Made by a program: the position numbers and the translations under genes
The notes under the pieces: model-generated
Seen by the model: only the letters and a program-made list of their open reading frames with translations
The model's database searches: none
Told to the model about the DNA's origin: nothing
In this document: positions 32,501 to 40,577 of the stretch, one piece after another
How positions within the stretch are numbered: position 1 is the first letter of the stretch
Layout of the letters: the number at the start of each line of letters is the position of its first letter
Source of the DNA: a virus
Virus record (IMG/VR): IMGVR_UViG_3300047548_001261
Span: 1-64,000 of that record
DNA length: 64,000 nucleotides
Strand: one strand, 5' to 3'

Positions 32501-34345
32501 CGCCCAGCTGCCGGTAGCGTTGACCCCTACACATGGATCAAGGCACCTGTTACGATCGATTACGTTGAAACGGATTCGACAGGCACACCGATCTACACGA
32601 TCCGAATGTTCTCTGGCATCGTGGACACTCCAGCATATAACGTCATGACTCGTGTTTGCCAATTCACCTGCACAGACAACCTGCAGAACGTAATCAGCAA
32701 CATGAGTAGGGATACACTTGCAGCATTGACACCTTTAGCGCAGTGGTCCAAATACGTTTACACCGAGGAGTCGTCCGGGTGGGATTACTTACAGCAAAGG
32801 CTGGAAACTTACCCTTACACGGTTCATCTTGACACGAACTCCCAGGTTACGGTTAAAGATTGGCGGGCAGGGGTTATTTCACTGGAGTTCACAGAAGGTG
32901 CAATAGTCGACCAAAGCCTCTCAGTGTCCCTTGCTAATGCAAGAGATTTGACCAACCAAGTCACTGCCAGTTTAGGTTTTCAACAGGATATTTACCGTGA
33001 GAACGTACTACGCCTTTCTTGGTTTGAAGAGATGTGGCTGAGCGCGGGTGACGGGTTTAATGAGTCGCCTAAAGCCACCCCACAAATGATCTCAGACGCA
33101 GTGTCTGCTGCGGGCGCGGTTTTTGTAGAGGACCCTTGGTGGCAGATTCAACCAGAGAGCGGGTGGCTAACCCAAGGAAGTAAATATGTTGGGTTCCTGA
33201 ATTGGGGGGATGAACTTTTAGCGCAAGGGTTCAAAGCACTGGTTGCGAAGCGACATAAACAAAGTGTCAAGAACGTGGCCCGCGTCACCGTACAATCCTC
33301 TGCGAGCATAGAGGCGATCGGGTTCGCCAGAGACGAGAAGTCTGGAACGATTGCTGTAGAGTATACCGGATCACTTGATGAGGCTTTTTTCGCTTCAAAC
33401 GAGGTGACTAGATTTGTCTGTACAGCTGGCCCTAGCATGACCCAGGGTAAAGTCACAGACATTACTTACGGCAATACCCGGAACGGGTCTTTTGGAAATG
33501 CGTACCCTAACTTGCCAGTAAAATTTCAGAAAGCTGGGGATGGGCAACAATACTTCGGAAGTCCTTTTGACCTTGCAGACTTCGGCCACCTGTTAGATAG
33601 CAACAACTCATACAACACCTTGACCGGACTTGCTTCAGGGCATTTACAACCTGGGCAGCACGTCTACGATTTTGACAGCTTCGTTGTTCGTGGCAGTAAG
33701 GTCGAACGGGCCGCTGCTTTAGCAGTTGTGATGGCCCAATCATCCAGAACGATTCTTGCGTCCCACAGGCAGAACAGGGTTGGGTTTACGACCCTTCTAA
33801 GGCCTACGTTAAACCGAGGGGACACCGTTCGTGTGGACACAGACCCAATTAAAGCCACCGGTGTGGTCTACCAAATCGTCCACAACTTCAACATAGACAA
33901 CGGGTCCGCACTAACGTCGGTGACACTTGCTTTGAGTTCCGCGAAATCGGTCGGAATTCGCCCAGTGGCGTCGGTAACTTTCCGTCCGGAGATTCGGGTA
34001 ACGATAAACGTTCTACCGGTTACTGCGAAGATCACAGAGGTAATTGGCCAGGTTAAGTTAGTTGGCCCGCACGGGGCGTTGGTAAACGGCGTAGTCAAGA
34101 CTCCTGCAACGGAGTTCTTATCGAGCATTAACCTGGACTCTCATATTCACACTGGAACCGTCGACCCGTCGTGGACAGGTCACATAACCCCTTCCGCTTC
34201 GGGTACGTTTGAAAACAAAGAACACACCTTTGTGATAGACTTCCCAAACATCCCGATAGCGACGACGGAGAACGCAGATATCGTCGTTTACGGGGATACA
34301 ATAGAGGTCAACGTACCTCAAGACGAACTATTTCTTTTGGCATAG
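29546..34345 (+). CDS. tail hub/tip protein with four N-terminal carbohydrate-binding-like repeats
   Basis: Four 'F.N.GFE.G...W' repeats, then a hub region 'LSVSLNGIDISARLTG...'. Confidence 0.75.
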   Translation: MANQFLNPGFETTGLTNWTLAGTNSATKITNVTTATFSPVTYTAKVGSRFCRMSDDVQSNLTGQTLSQSRALLAGEIVTAWYAFIWLSAKSNSVFRHEYVTITIKQGSTVIATPVDIDSYRDNIPDNDRGPWKRFMWVVPSSGTYTVEFKIWHTSSNAGGGHLLVDDLTVLDAGQWFLDSSTSIPVSSNLYPTREQFYNKSFELGSGSGWVLESPPWASESPFRSGGPSYGTPQTSASITVYRYNTSTPIATYTPKSGAYLGYFSSGWGIDVATRRLWHTGYLSAGQVISWWQAFVWQGAGAAYVEYLSVKIKQLGVVVDTVLTWDTLTAGVADYYASPWELLSWSAPSSGMYTIEFELSHPSADATGSTLLVDGLYITDANTFPLQPFEGTTLNVTSSLPVVYSNFYNPGFENSTPFGWEKVFSNTSWLGAFSNVQGLLPKSGDWFLQLGDPNGSVPDGTVFVRQTVTVPVGKAISGWFTCGGWVYAAGTAEIVIKQGSTVVATLFSYHCTTIYTGDFQWFIGQVWLPFYWVSPATDTYTLEFRIIRDVPDNSTGTYISLFADDVKISDPFFPESITVVKVNSAHSFAVVRTIQFLNGGFETGTSSGWAKSGSGTATYNNTSYVGSQQTYFPVAGTYFARIADANNTGTTGTTLVTQSKSLLAGQIVTGWYAFRWENASVKGAVLITIKQGSTVIATVVSVNTSAELTFPVEYPWTQFSWTVPADGTYTVNYKLSQFSPTTATGGQLLVDELVVSPPVGTVNLVGTTITVGSELTQLHVPYVPTLDMSTVVTILSSLTPRVTSRTVSTQITVVPSNTFAVVPHLAYTPAIPVQVSVLPINLRPSIDIVFRVFETYSLEIGVVFDVTVTTYSPTIPVSFVVYETYQPTITTRITVFPTFTDGIGAQGVGGQVALTTASGGTDVVPYAPPSAPPMAEPEVPLSIEGLAISWRLSVSLNGIDISARLTGGVSIDQEESAAAVAVFSIRPAAGSVDPYTWIKAPVTIDYVETDSTGTPIYTIRMFSGIVDTPAYNVMTRVCQFTCTDNLQNVISNMSRDTLAALTPLAQWSKYVYTEESSGWDYLQQRLETYPYTVHLDTNSQVTVKDWRAGVISLEFTEGAIVDQSLSVSLANARDLTNQVTASLGFQQDIYRENVLRLSWFEEMWLSAGDGFNESPKATPQMISDAVSAAGAVFVEDPWWQIQPESGWLTQGSKYVGFLNWGDELLAQGFKALVAKRHKQSVKNVARVTVQSSASIEAIGFARDEKSGTIAVEYTGSLDEAFFASNEVTRFVCTAGPSMTQGKVTDITYGNTRNGSFGNAYPNLPVKFQKAGDGQQYFGSPFDLADFGHLLDSNNSYNTLTGLASGHLQPGQHVYDFDSFVVRGSKVERAAALAVVMAQSSRTILASHRQNRVGFTTLLRPTLNRGDTVRVDTDPIKATGVVYQIVHNFNIDNGSALTSVTLALSSAKSVGIRPVASVTFRPEIRVTINVLPVTAKITEVIGQVKLVGPHGALVNGVVKTPATEFLSSINLDSHIHTGTVDPSWTGHITPSASGTFENKEHTFVIDFPNIPIATTENADIVVYGDTIEVNVPQDELFLLA

Positions 34346-34353
34346 GATCAAAC

Positions 34354-34773
34354 ATGGCCGCAACCTTTAACTTTTACTTGGACGCAGGTTTGACAGTACC
34401 TTTAACCAGCGACCTCTTAACAACTCAAAATGCTGACGGGTCTACCGGCCCCCAGGATTTTCAAATTTGGTTTGGGTCGAACGCCGTTGGAAGAACCCTA
34501 CGAGCAGACTCTAGCCCCGGAGTAGACCAACTCACACTATCCATTGTGGACTCGGCTTCAGGGACGGGACAGCCAGCAGCAGCCGTAAAATTGGCAAGTA
34601 CACAAGGCGGGCTAGCCTCTGCCACAGGTGGTGCACCACTGAACTTAGGGACCACGATCTTATCAACAGTCGGTCTGGCTGTCTCTTTCTGGGTGAGGGT
34701 TACTGATGCCACATTTACCGTAGGAACCTACACCGATTTATCCCTGACAATGAATTTGGCCCGCGAGGATTAA
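34354..34773 (+). CDS. tail-tip structural protein
   Basis: 139 aa, beta-rich; position. Confidence 0.55.
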   Translation: MAATFNFYLDAGLTVPLTSDLLTTQNADGSTGPQDFQIWFGSNAVGRTLRADSSPGVDQLTLSIVDSASGTGQPAAAVKLASTQGGLASATGGAPLNLGTTILSTVGLAVSFWVRVTDATFTVGTYTDLSLTMNLARED

Positions 34774-34776
34774 TAA

Positions 34777-35289
34777 GTGGCCGACCAATCCATAAAGAAG
34801 GACCTGCACAGGCTAACTTTAAGCCCAGCCTTGGCAACGCCAGGGCTGCCAGAAAGGGTTGCAGCCCTGGAGATCGGTTTAAAGCGGGGCATCGGTTTAC
34901 CAAATTACGTGTCTCGGGCGCCAAGCTCCTCGACTCATGTTGAGGTTATTTCCGTTTACTCACATATTCTGGTGACAGAAGCAGGGGCGTGGGAGGTGCC
35001 GCAAGGGTTCCCTGACTCTGGGGATTACATCAACGGATCGACATTCGATTTGCTAGAGCCACATTATATGCAAAGGCGGGTGCACGCTGTTTGGTACGAC
35101 ACTGGCGGTGCAAACTTGTTGGAGACTCGGTTTATGGTTAGGTTGGAACAGCCTTACAGCGCACTGATAAACACGTTGGAAGAGGGGGGTATTCTCGGGG
35201 AAGTTCTGTACGGTATTGATTTCATTGATTCAGGGAAACCGCTGATCTTGAATAAAGTTGAGCAGCTGAGGAGTTTGTTGGGGATATGA
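34777..35289 (+). CDS. tail-associated hypothetical protein
   Basis: ORF coupled to neighbours. Confidence 0.5.
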   Translation: MADQSIKKDLHRLTLSPALATPGLPERVAALEIGLKRGIGLPNYVSRAPSSSTHVEVISVYSHILVTEAGAWEVPQGFPDSGDYINGSTFDLLEPHYMQRRVHAVWYDTGGANLLETRFMVRLEQPYSALINTLEEGGILGEVLYGIDFIDSGKPLILNKVEQLRSLLGI

Positions 35290-37163
35290 ATCGGTCTTGG
35301 ACGCATAAGAATATTGCGAGGAGTATTCAGTTTAGTTCGAAAGGGGTCCTTCTTTGGCCCACAAGTGACGACGCACCGAACGGGTGGGGAGAACCTTTTG
35401 ATACGATTACTGGTACGATAGGGGGGCCGAACCCAAACGTCTTACTGACATACACAGGGCCTACGGTAGGTATTAAACGAGGAGTCAAAAGGTCGCAGGC
35501 TGGTAACTGTTACTGGCGCGGCCCGCAAGGCAGAGTTATCTCTTGGCAAGGCCCTTGGGGCTTTCAAGTCGAATCCCCTGCACACTACTTCGGTACACCG
35601 TCGTACTCGTCCTCGTACGAAATAGCTCTGGCTGCAAGGGCTGGCGCTGCTCTATCCTCCATCGGGTACACTCAGACTACATCTTATATCCCGATAAACC
35701 CTTCTAACCCAACAGGCCCAGGTACATGGCTTATCCACGGGTCTCGGTTTTCCACAAAAATTTTCAAAACTGGTAAATTATTTGCCACCGCGCCAAATAA
35801 AATTCTAGGGGCTGCGGAATTAAATGGGGGGATTATAGCCATCTTAGTCGACCAGACGATCCGGTATAAAAAAGGTCCGGCGGATTGGGTAACTATAGGG
35901 ACTTTAACAGACCCAACTGTCACCGATCCGGCTAAAACACTTTTGCCCTACTTAGGTATATTCTCCTTTGATGCCGACGGGTTGCACGCTATCGCTATCC
36001 GATCTGTCCTTTGCCGGGACAACCTTAACCCGAATTACGCAACGAACCACATAGAGAAAGTCCTGACTAGGGTGTCGGTGTCCCTTGATGCAAATGGAAA
36101 CCTAAGCACTTCCGTTTCACACACTGCCACAGGGGCTTTAGCGCTTATATCGACATTTCACTCGGTCAGTACTTATACCCCACCACCGCCCCCGTATACA
36201 GACGGTGGATCAGGGAGTTATTCAGACACAACAACGTACTCGTCAGAGGGCGAAACTGTTGTTGCAGCAGGATTTTACGGCAATACAGAGGTCGTCTTGT
36301 CGGCTAAGGCTCACGAAACTTCCCAAATATGGTCCACCTCATCTTCTGGGTACCGTTATGGGGATGGAGGGGAGAACGGGGAAGGGTTATTATCGCACTC
36401 ATACACTGAATCGGGGAGTAATAAAGTCGGATTGTATAACGGCGAGGACTTATTGGTTGATTTGTTTGTCAGCACTAAAACTACGTCTTCTTCTAGCAGT
36501 GAGCAATCACATTGGGGTGAGCGTAGGGGCAGCGATTCTGCGTCTGGTGGTTCAACGTCTTCAACTACTTCTTCTACAGAGTCATCTTCTTTACTATTCG
36601 CAGATGTTTCTGTAAGTCTTCCGGAACTCTGTCTTGTTAAGGAAGTTTCGTACTCCTCGTCAGAAAATTCAGGCTCCTTCGAGGTCTCCGTCGTGGTTAA
36701 TACCACCGAAAGTACCTCTTCCTCCACAGCGTCTCATACAAATTCCGTCATTAACCCTAATGTATCCTTCCCTGTAGATCAGAGAGGGCCTATCACAACA
36801 ACAAGTACTGGGCATCTCGAAACCCTTGCAAACATCGGGTTCAATTCAGCAGGTAACTATGAAACCACTAACACGAATAGAGAATACAATGTCGTAGGGG
36901 CCAATCACTTTAGGAGTTACCACCCAACGGCGGGGTATGTAGATATATTTCCCGTCTGTTACGGGGTTGTTGACCCCGTTTCCGGGTTTTGGGCTACTGT
37001 TCACTACCTGTATACAGTGAATTCCGGAACTGCAGACCTTAGTGTTGTAGAGACGACGACTGCGCAACTACCGAATGGGTTAACCCCAGAAAGTTTTCTG
37101 GGGTTAACTGGAGACAACCAAGCACTTGGCAATCTTCCTAGCAAGGGGGTTTACTTACTTTAA
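35286..37163 (+). CDS. tail-associated protein (possible receptor binding), Ser/Thr-rich C-terminal half
   Basis: 625 aa, last gene of the virion module. Confidence 0.55.
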   Translation: MNRSWTHKNIARSIQFSSKGVLLWPTSDDAPNGWGEPFDTITGTIGGPNPNVLLTYTGPTVGIKRGVKRSQAGNCYWRGPQGRVISWQGPWGFQVESPAHYFGTPSYSSSYEIALAARAGAALSSIGYTQTTSYIPINPSNPTGPGTWLIHGSRFSTKIFKTGKLFATAPNKILGAAELNGGIIAILVDQTIRYKKGPADWVTIGTLTDPTVTDPAKTLLPYLGIFSFDADGLHAIAIRSVLCRDNLNPNYATNHIEKVLTRVSVSLDANGNLSTSVSHTATGALALISTFHSVSTYTPPPPPYTDGGSGSYSDTTTYSSEGETVVAAGFYGNTEVVLSAKAHETSQIWSTSSSGYRYGDGGENGEGLLSHSYTESGSNKVGLYNGEDLLVDLFVSTKTTSSSSSEQSHWGERRGSDSASGGSTSSTTSSTESSSLLFADVSVSLPELCLVKEVSYSSSENSGSFEVSVVVNTTESTSSSTASHTNSVINPNVSFPVDQRGPITTTSTGHLETLANIGFNSAGNYETTNTNREYNVVGANHFRSYHPTAGYVDIFPVCYGVVDPVSGFWATVHYLYTVNSGTADLSVVETTTAQLPNGLTPESFLGLTGDNQALGNLPSKGVYLL

Positions 37164-37248
37164 GTTCCAGCGGAGCCGCGTCCGCTGGGTTGGTCGTGTT
37201 TCTGGAAGTCCAGTTCAGAGCGCACCGACCCTTAACGTGGCGTTATAC
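37152..37248 (+). repeat. attC-1 (degenerate left end)
   Basis: ...TAC-TTTAA-GTTCCAGC...CCTTAAC-GTGGC-GTTATAC. Confidence 0.6.
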
Positions 37249-37468
37249 AGCAATTTCCAGCGTCGCATTCCAAAAGTCCCGCCCCAAAGGCGCAATCATG
37301 GCAATGCGGCTCTCCATCGTCATTAAAAATTCCGTCTTCCTCGCAATTTCCAGTTGGCTCGTCACACTTACAACAAAGTTGCCGCGTTCCAGGATAATGC
37401 GTGGCATTCCATCGCTCATGGCTGCCCTGATCCATAGCGTGTCTTTTTCCACCAGGCCATTCGTTCAT
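37232..37468 (-). CDS. cassette 1: small Cys-rich zinc-finger-like protein
   Basis: CCKC...CHDC. Confidence 0.65.
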   Translation of the reverse strand: MNEWPGGKRHAMDQGSHERWNATHYPGTRQLCCKCDEPTGNCEEDGIFNDDGEPHCHDCAFGAGLLECDAGNCCITPR

Positions 37469-37481
37469 TTTTTGTTCCAGT

Positions 37482-37578
37482 GCATAACTCTTAGTTCAAG
37501 CGGACAATCCGCCATTTAACGCATTTGCGTGGTTAAATTTCAGTGTGTGGCGGCTTGCCACTTAACACGGCGTTATGC
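37482..37578 (+). repeat. attC-2
   Basis: GCATAAC-TCTTA-GTTCAAGC...ACTTAAC-ACGGC-GTTATGC. Confidence 0.9.
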
Positions 37579-37755
37579 ACCATATCCGCGTTCAAATACT
37601 TCATATCCAAAATTCTTGCCAAATGGATTATCTTCAGCGCATTCTTTAGCCAATTCAGCCGTCTCGAATTTAGCTATTTCATCGCCGTCTTTATCCATTA
37701 GCGGTGTGTACCCGCCACTTTGTGTTGTTAGCATTACGAAAAAATCGCCTTCCAT
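37573..37755 (-). CDS. cassette 2: hypothetical protein
   Basis: 60 aa, GGAG RBS; TAA stop lies inside the attC-2 core. Confidence 0.7.
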   Translation of the reverse strand: MEGDFFVMLTTQSGGYTPLMDKDGDEIAKFETAELAKECAEDNPFGKNFGYEVFERGYGA

Positions 37756-37773
37756 TTTTTATCTCCAGTTGAC

Positions 37774-37857
37774 GTATATCCCATCATTCAAGCCGACGCT
37801 CTAAGCATCAGCTCATTGTTTAGAATCTATCCCGCGAGGCTTAATCTTGCGTTATAC
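37774..37857 (+). repeat. attC-3
   Basis: GTATATC-CCATC-ATTCAAGCCGACGC...GGCTTAAT-CTTGC-GTTATAC. Confidence 0.8.
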
Positions 37858-38136
37858 GCACTGGGTTTCGTCGATAGCGTAAACACTCACAGGTTTTTCT
37901 CCAAAATGCGGATGTGTGATCCGCTTTTGTGGCGGATACCCTGCCCACTTTCTGCGTATCGTTTTTGACTCATCACCACGCTTCGGGTACCCTAATTTTA
38001 TGTGGATTTCGTCGTATTCAGGCCCACGCAAGCGGCGTTCCCAATAGTCGTTTGTCGCGCGATATTCCTCTGTCTTTTCGCCTTTGGCTATCGCGTGCCA
38101 ATATTCAGCCTTTAGATGCAACGTTAAAATACGCAT
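37852..38136 (-). CDS. cassette 3: ASCH/PUA-like domain protein
   Basis: LTLHLKAEYWHAIAKGEKTEEYR. Confidence 0.8.
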   Translation of the reverse strand: MRILTLHLKAEYWHAIAKGEKTEEYRATNDYWERRLRGPEYDEIHIKLGYPKRGDESKTIRRKWAGYPPQKRITHPHFGEKPVSVYAIDETQCV

Positions 38137-38232
38137 AACTCATAGCTCCAAGCGACGCAGTGCCGCGCCACGGTATTTTATTAAATTTAAGATAAGTGGC
38201 GCGGCACTGCGCTCCTGAGCATGGTGTTACGC
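38133..38232 (+). repeat. attC-4
   Basis: GCATAAC-TCATA-GCTCCAAG...CCTGAGC-ATGGT-GTTACGC with a long GC stem. Confidence 0.88.
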
Positions 38233-38522
38233 CCTTTTAAAATATGACTCAAATTCCGCTCGCCATGTATCCATGTATCCCTGTATTGCTCATATAGCCC
38301 TAGCATCCAGTAAATTACATAAGCTTGCTCTTCTTCCGCTTTCTTTGGTATGTCGTGACCTAATTCACGCAAATTGCGCGATAGCTGTCCGCACCAAAAA
38401 TTAGGGCGGCCTAGGATAAATCTTGTTTCGTTATTTAGTTCAATTGTTACTTTTTGGCACAACAATCCGGTCAACTCATGCCCACCGACCTGTGGCGGTT
38501 GTGTAGTTTTGGTTTGGTTCAT
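38187..38522 (-). CDS. cassette 4: hypothetical protein
   Basis: Starts inside attC-5 and ends inside attC-4. Confidence 0.65.
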   Translation of the reverse strand: MNQTKTTQPPQVGGHELTGLLCQKVTIELNNETRFILGRPNFWCGQLSRNLRELGHDIPKKAEEEQAYVIYWMLGLYEQYRDTWIHGERNLSHILKGRNTMLRSAVPRHLS

Positions 38523-38579
38523 AGTTCATCGCTCCGTTAAGGTTTCGTGTCCGGCTGGCTGGTTAGCTTTGCGTTAGGT
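38457..38579 (+). repeat. attC-5
   Basis: GCACAAC-AATCC-GGTCAACT...GGTTAGC-TTTGC-GTTAGGT. Confidence 0.75.
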
Positions 38580-39481
38580 ATACTCCGCAAAATATGCGCT
38601 ATTACATCCACAGTCCAGCCATTTCCTAGCATTCGTTTAGCCTGATTATCAGAGACAGAATCAGTGTACCCCTCTGGCACGGTTTGGAGTCTTTCGCACT
38701 CTCTGCGGGTATAGTGCCTGTACGGCAACCTTCTACCAAATGCGTCAGGATGTCTGCCTATCGGCATTGAAGTAAGTACATTATCTTTTGCCACTGTCGT
38801 TAAACAATTCGATTTATTCCTGTTACTTTCGCGCACCTCTAGGCATTGTGTTATCGGGATAGATTTATTGCAATCATCCCTAACTCCTCTTTCGTTTAAT
38901 CGTCGCCCCAGAATAGTCGCTTTGTTTAGATACCTTCCCCGTATCGCGGCCGGTGAAATAACCTCAATATCATCCAAAATATCAACTAGGTTTATGTTTT
39001 TATTCTCCGGCCGCTCGATATTTGGTATGTTTGTCCAATATAGCCTTACTCTGTTCTGTGCGGAAAGCAGCGAAGAATTTATCTCAATGGGCAAAACCCC
39101 AAGTTTGTCACTTATTACATCTTGCCACTCCTTTTTCATTCCGACGTTTTCAAGTAGGAAATATTTTGGCTTGCATTCTTTCATCAGCCTAACAAATTCA
39201 AAGAATAACTTACTACGCGGGTCTTCAAAATTAAGTTGCAGCCCGCTAGATGAGAACCCTTGGCACGGTGACCCTCCTATCAGCAAATCAATCTGTGGTA
39301 AGTCTGCCGCTACGACATTGACCACATTTCCAATCCTGATAATTTCTGGATAATTTGACTCTGATACCTTGATAGCGTGTTTATCTATTTCGCTGGAATA
39401 ATAGGCTTTAACTGGTATTCCTGCGCGCTCCAAAGCTATACGGCCACAGGACATTCCGTCAAAAAGCGATAGTACGTTCAT
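38537..39481 (-). CDS. cassette 5: DNA cytosine-5 methyltransferase
   Basis: LSLFDGM, GGSPCQGFS, ENV, QNRVRLYW, ECERLQT, LGNGW. Confidence 0.92.
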   Translation of the reverse strand: MNVLSLFDGMSCGRIALERAGIPVKAYYSSEIDKHAIKVSESNYPEIIRIGNVVNVVAADLPQIDLLIGGSPCQGFSSSGLQLNFEDPRSKLFFEFVRLMKECKPKYFLLENVGMKKEWQDVISDKLGVLPIEINSSLLSAQNRVRLYWTNIPNIERPENKNINLVDILDDIEVISPAAIRGRYLNKATILGRRLNERGVRDDCNKSIPITQCLEVRESNRNKSNCLTTVAKDNVLTSMPIGRHPDAFGRRLPYRHYTRRECERLQTVPEGYTDSVSDNQAKRMLGNGWTVDVIAHILRSIPNAKLTSQPDTKP

Positions 39482-39513
39482 CCAATTTACCTATTCGTTG
39501 TAAGTAAAAACCA

Positions 39514-39577
39514 GCCAGACCCTGCGCTCCAGAGCGACGGCGGAAAAGCACCGCCGCGCCTGAACTATGCGTTGGGC
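39514..39577 (+). repeat. attC-6
   Basis: GCCAGAC-CCTGC-GCTCCAGA...CCTGAAC-TATGC-GTTGGGC. Confidence 0.8.
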
Positions 39578-39578
39578 T

Positions 39579-39803
39579 TCAGCCTATATCGTCTAAGTAA
39601 TCCTTGAGTGCAACATAAGCTCGCGCAAATGCCTCTTTTCTTGATGGTGAATTGTTAATTTTTATCTCTGCATCGCCCCATTTGCCAGGTTCTTTGCCTC
39701 TTCGGTCATAGACAAAAATATTCCAGTCTGTAATCCCGTTGTGACCAATTTCCAGTGCCAGCATTGATTGCTGGGCATATAAATCTAAAAAATCTTCTTC
39801 CAT
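39579..39803 (-). CDS. cassette 6: hypothetical protein
   Basis: 74 aa, GAGG RBS. Confidence 0.7.
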   Translation of the reverse strand: MEEDFLDLYAQQSMLALEIGHNGITDWNIFVYDRRGKEPGKWGDAEIKINNSPSRKEAFARAYVALKDYLDDIG

Positions 39804-39825
39804 ACAAGCCTCTTAATTATCTATA

Positions 39826-39947
39826 GCCCAACAAGTCAGTCAAGCTGGACGGTGCGCCTGTGGCGCGGGTTAAAGTCAGTGTTTCGGTAAGGGCCAGTGC
39901 GCTAATCAGGTTATTCCAGCGCACCGCCCCTTACCTCTGCGTTATGC
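39826..39947 (+). repeat. attC-7
   Basis: GCCCAAC-AAGTC-AGTCAAGC...CCTTACC-TCTGC-GTTATGC. Confidence 0.88.
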
Positions 39948-39949
39948 AC

Positions 39950-40117
39950 TTACATGTCCAGCAAGCTGCGCACAACATCAAGCAACGTATCAGCAATCTT
40001 ACCGTCTTTGCCGTAGTCGGCGGCAAGGCGGCGAAGGCGCTTATAGCAAGCTTCGTCAACTGCGTTGTTATCGTCTCTATCTTTCAGCAATTCTTCAATC
40101 AATTCTTCGTCTGTCAT
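39950..40117 (-). CDS. cassette 7: small acidic protein
   Basis: MTDEELIEELL...; could start upstream within attC-8. Confidence 0.6.
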   Translation of the reverse strand: MTDEELIEELLKDRDDNNAVDEACYKRLRRLAADYGKDGKIADTLLDVVRSLLDM

Positions 40118-40119
40118 GT

Positions 40120-40216
40120 GCATAACTCTTAGTTCAATCGGACAAGCCGCCATTTAACGCATTTGCGTGGTTAAATTTCAGTGTGTGGCGGCTTGCCGCT
40201 TAACACGGCGTTGGGC
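40120..40216 (+). repeat. attC-8 (near-identical to attC-2)
   Basis: 3 mismatches to attC-2 up to the final GTT. Confidence 0.92.
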
Positions 40217-40217
40217 C

Positions 40218-40517
40218 CTACCAGCGGCGGATATTCGCAAAATCCCAAAATTGTCGGCGACCCTCAGCATCGGTTGCGTCGCTCCATAGCAAAGCTATCC
40301 GCTGGCCCGTCATTGCCTCGACAACACCGTTAATTAGCCCGAGAGCTCCAACGGCGTATCCGCCGGTTACGCCTAGCTCATCAACCTGCACCGTCGGGTG
40401 ATCTGCCAGCGCATGATTACACGGCACGCGGTTGCACATCAGCGCATGAATTGCGTTTCTGTCGTCGTTGTACGCGCCATTTAGTGTGTCGATGGCTTTT
40501 TGTATTTGCGTTGCCAT
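40218..40517 (-). CDS. cassette 8: hypothetical protein
   Basis: 99 aa, GAGG RBS. Confidence 0.7.
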   Translation of the reverse strand: MATQIQKAIDTLNGAYNDDRNAIHALMCNRVPCNHALADHPTVQVDELGVTGGYAVGALGLINGVVEAMTGQRIALLWSDATDAEGRRQFWDFANIRRW

Positions 40518-40532
40518 ATTGGCCTCAATTTT

Positions 40533-40577
40533 GCCTAACGTTACATTCGAGCGGACGCGTGGTAAGCGCCGCTCATT
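40533..40577 (+). repeat. attC-9 (right core missing)
   Basis: GCCTAAC-GTTAC-ATTCGAGCGGACGC...GCGCCGCTCATT; no GTTRRRY at the expected spacing. Confidence 0.7.
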
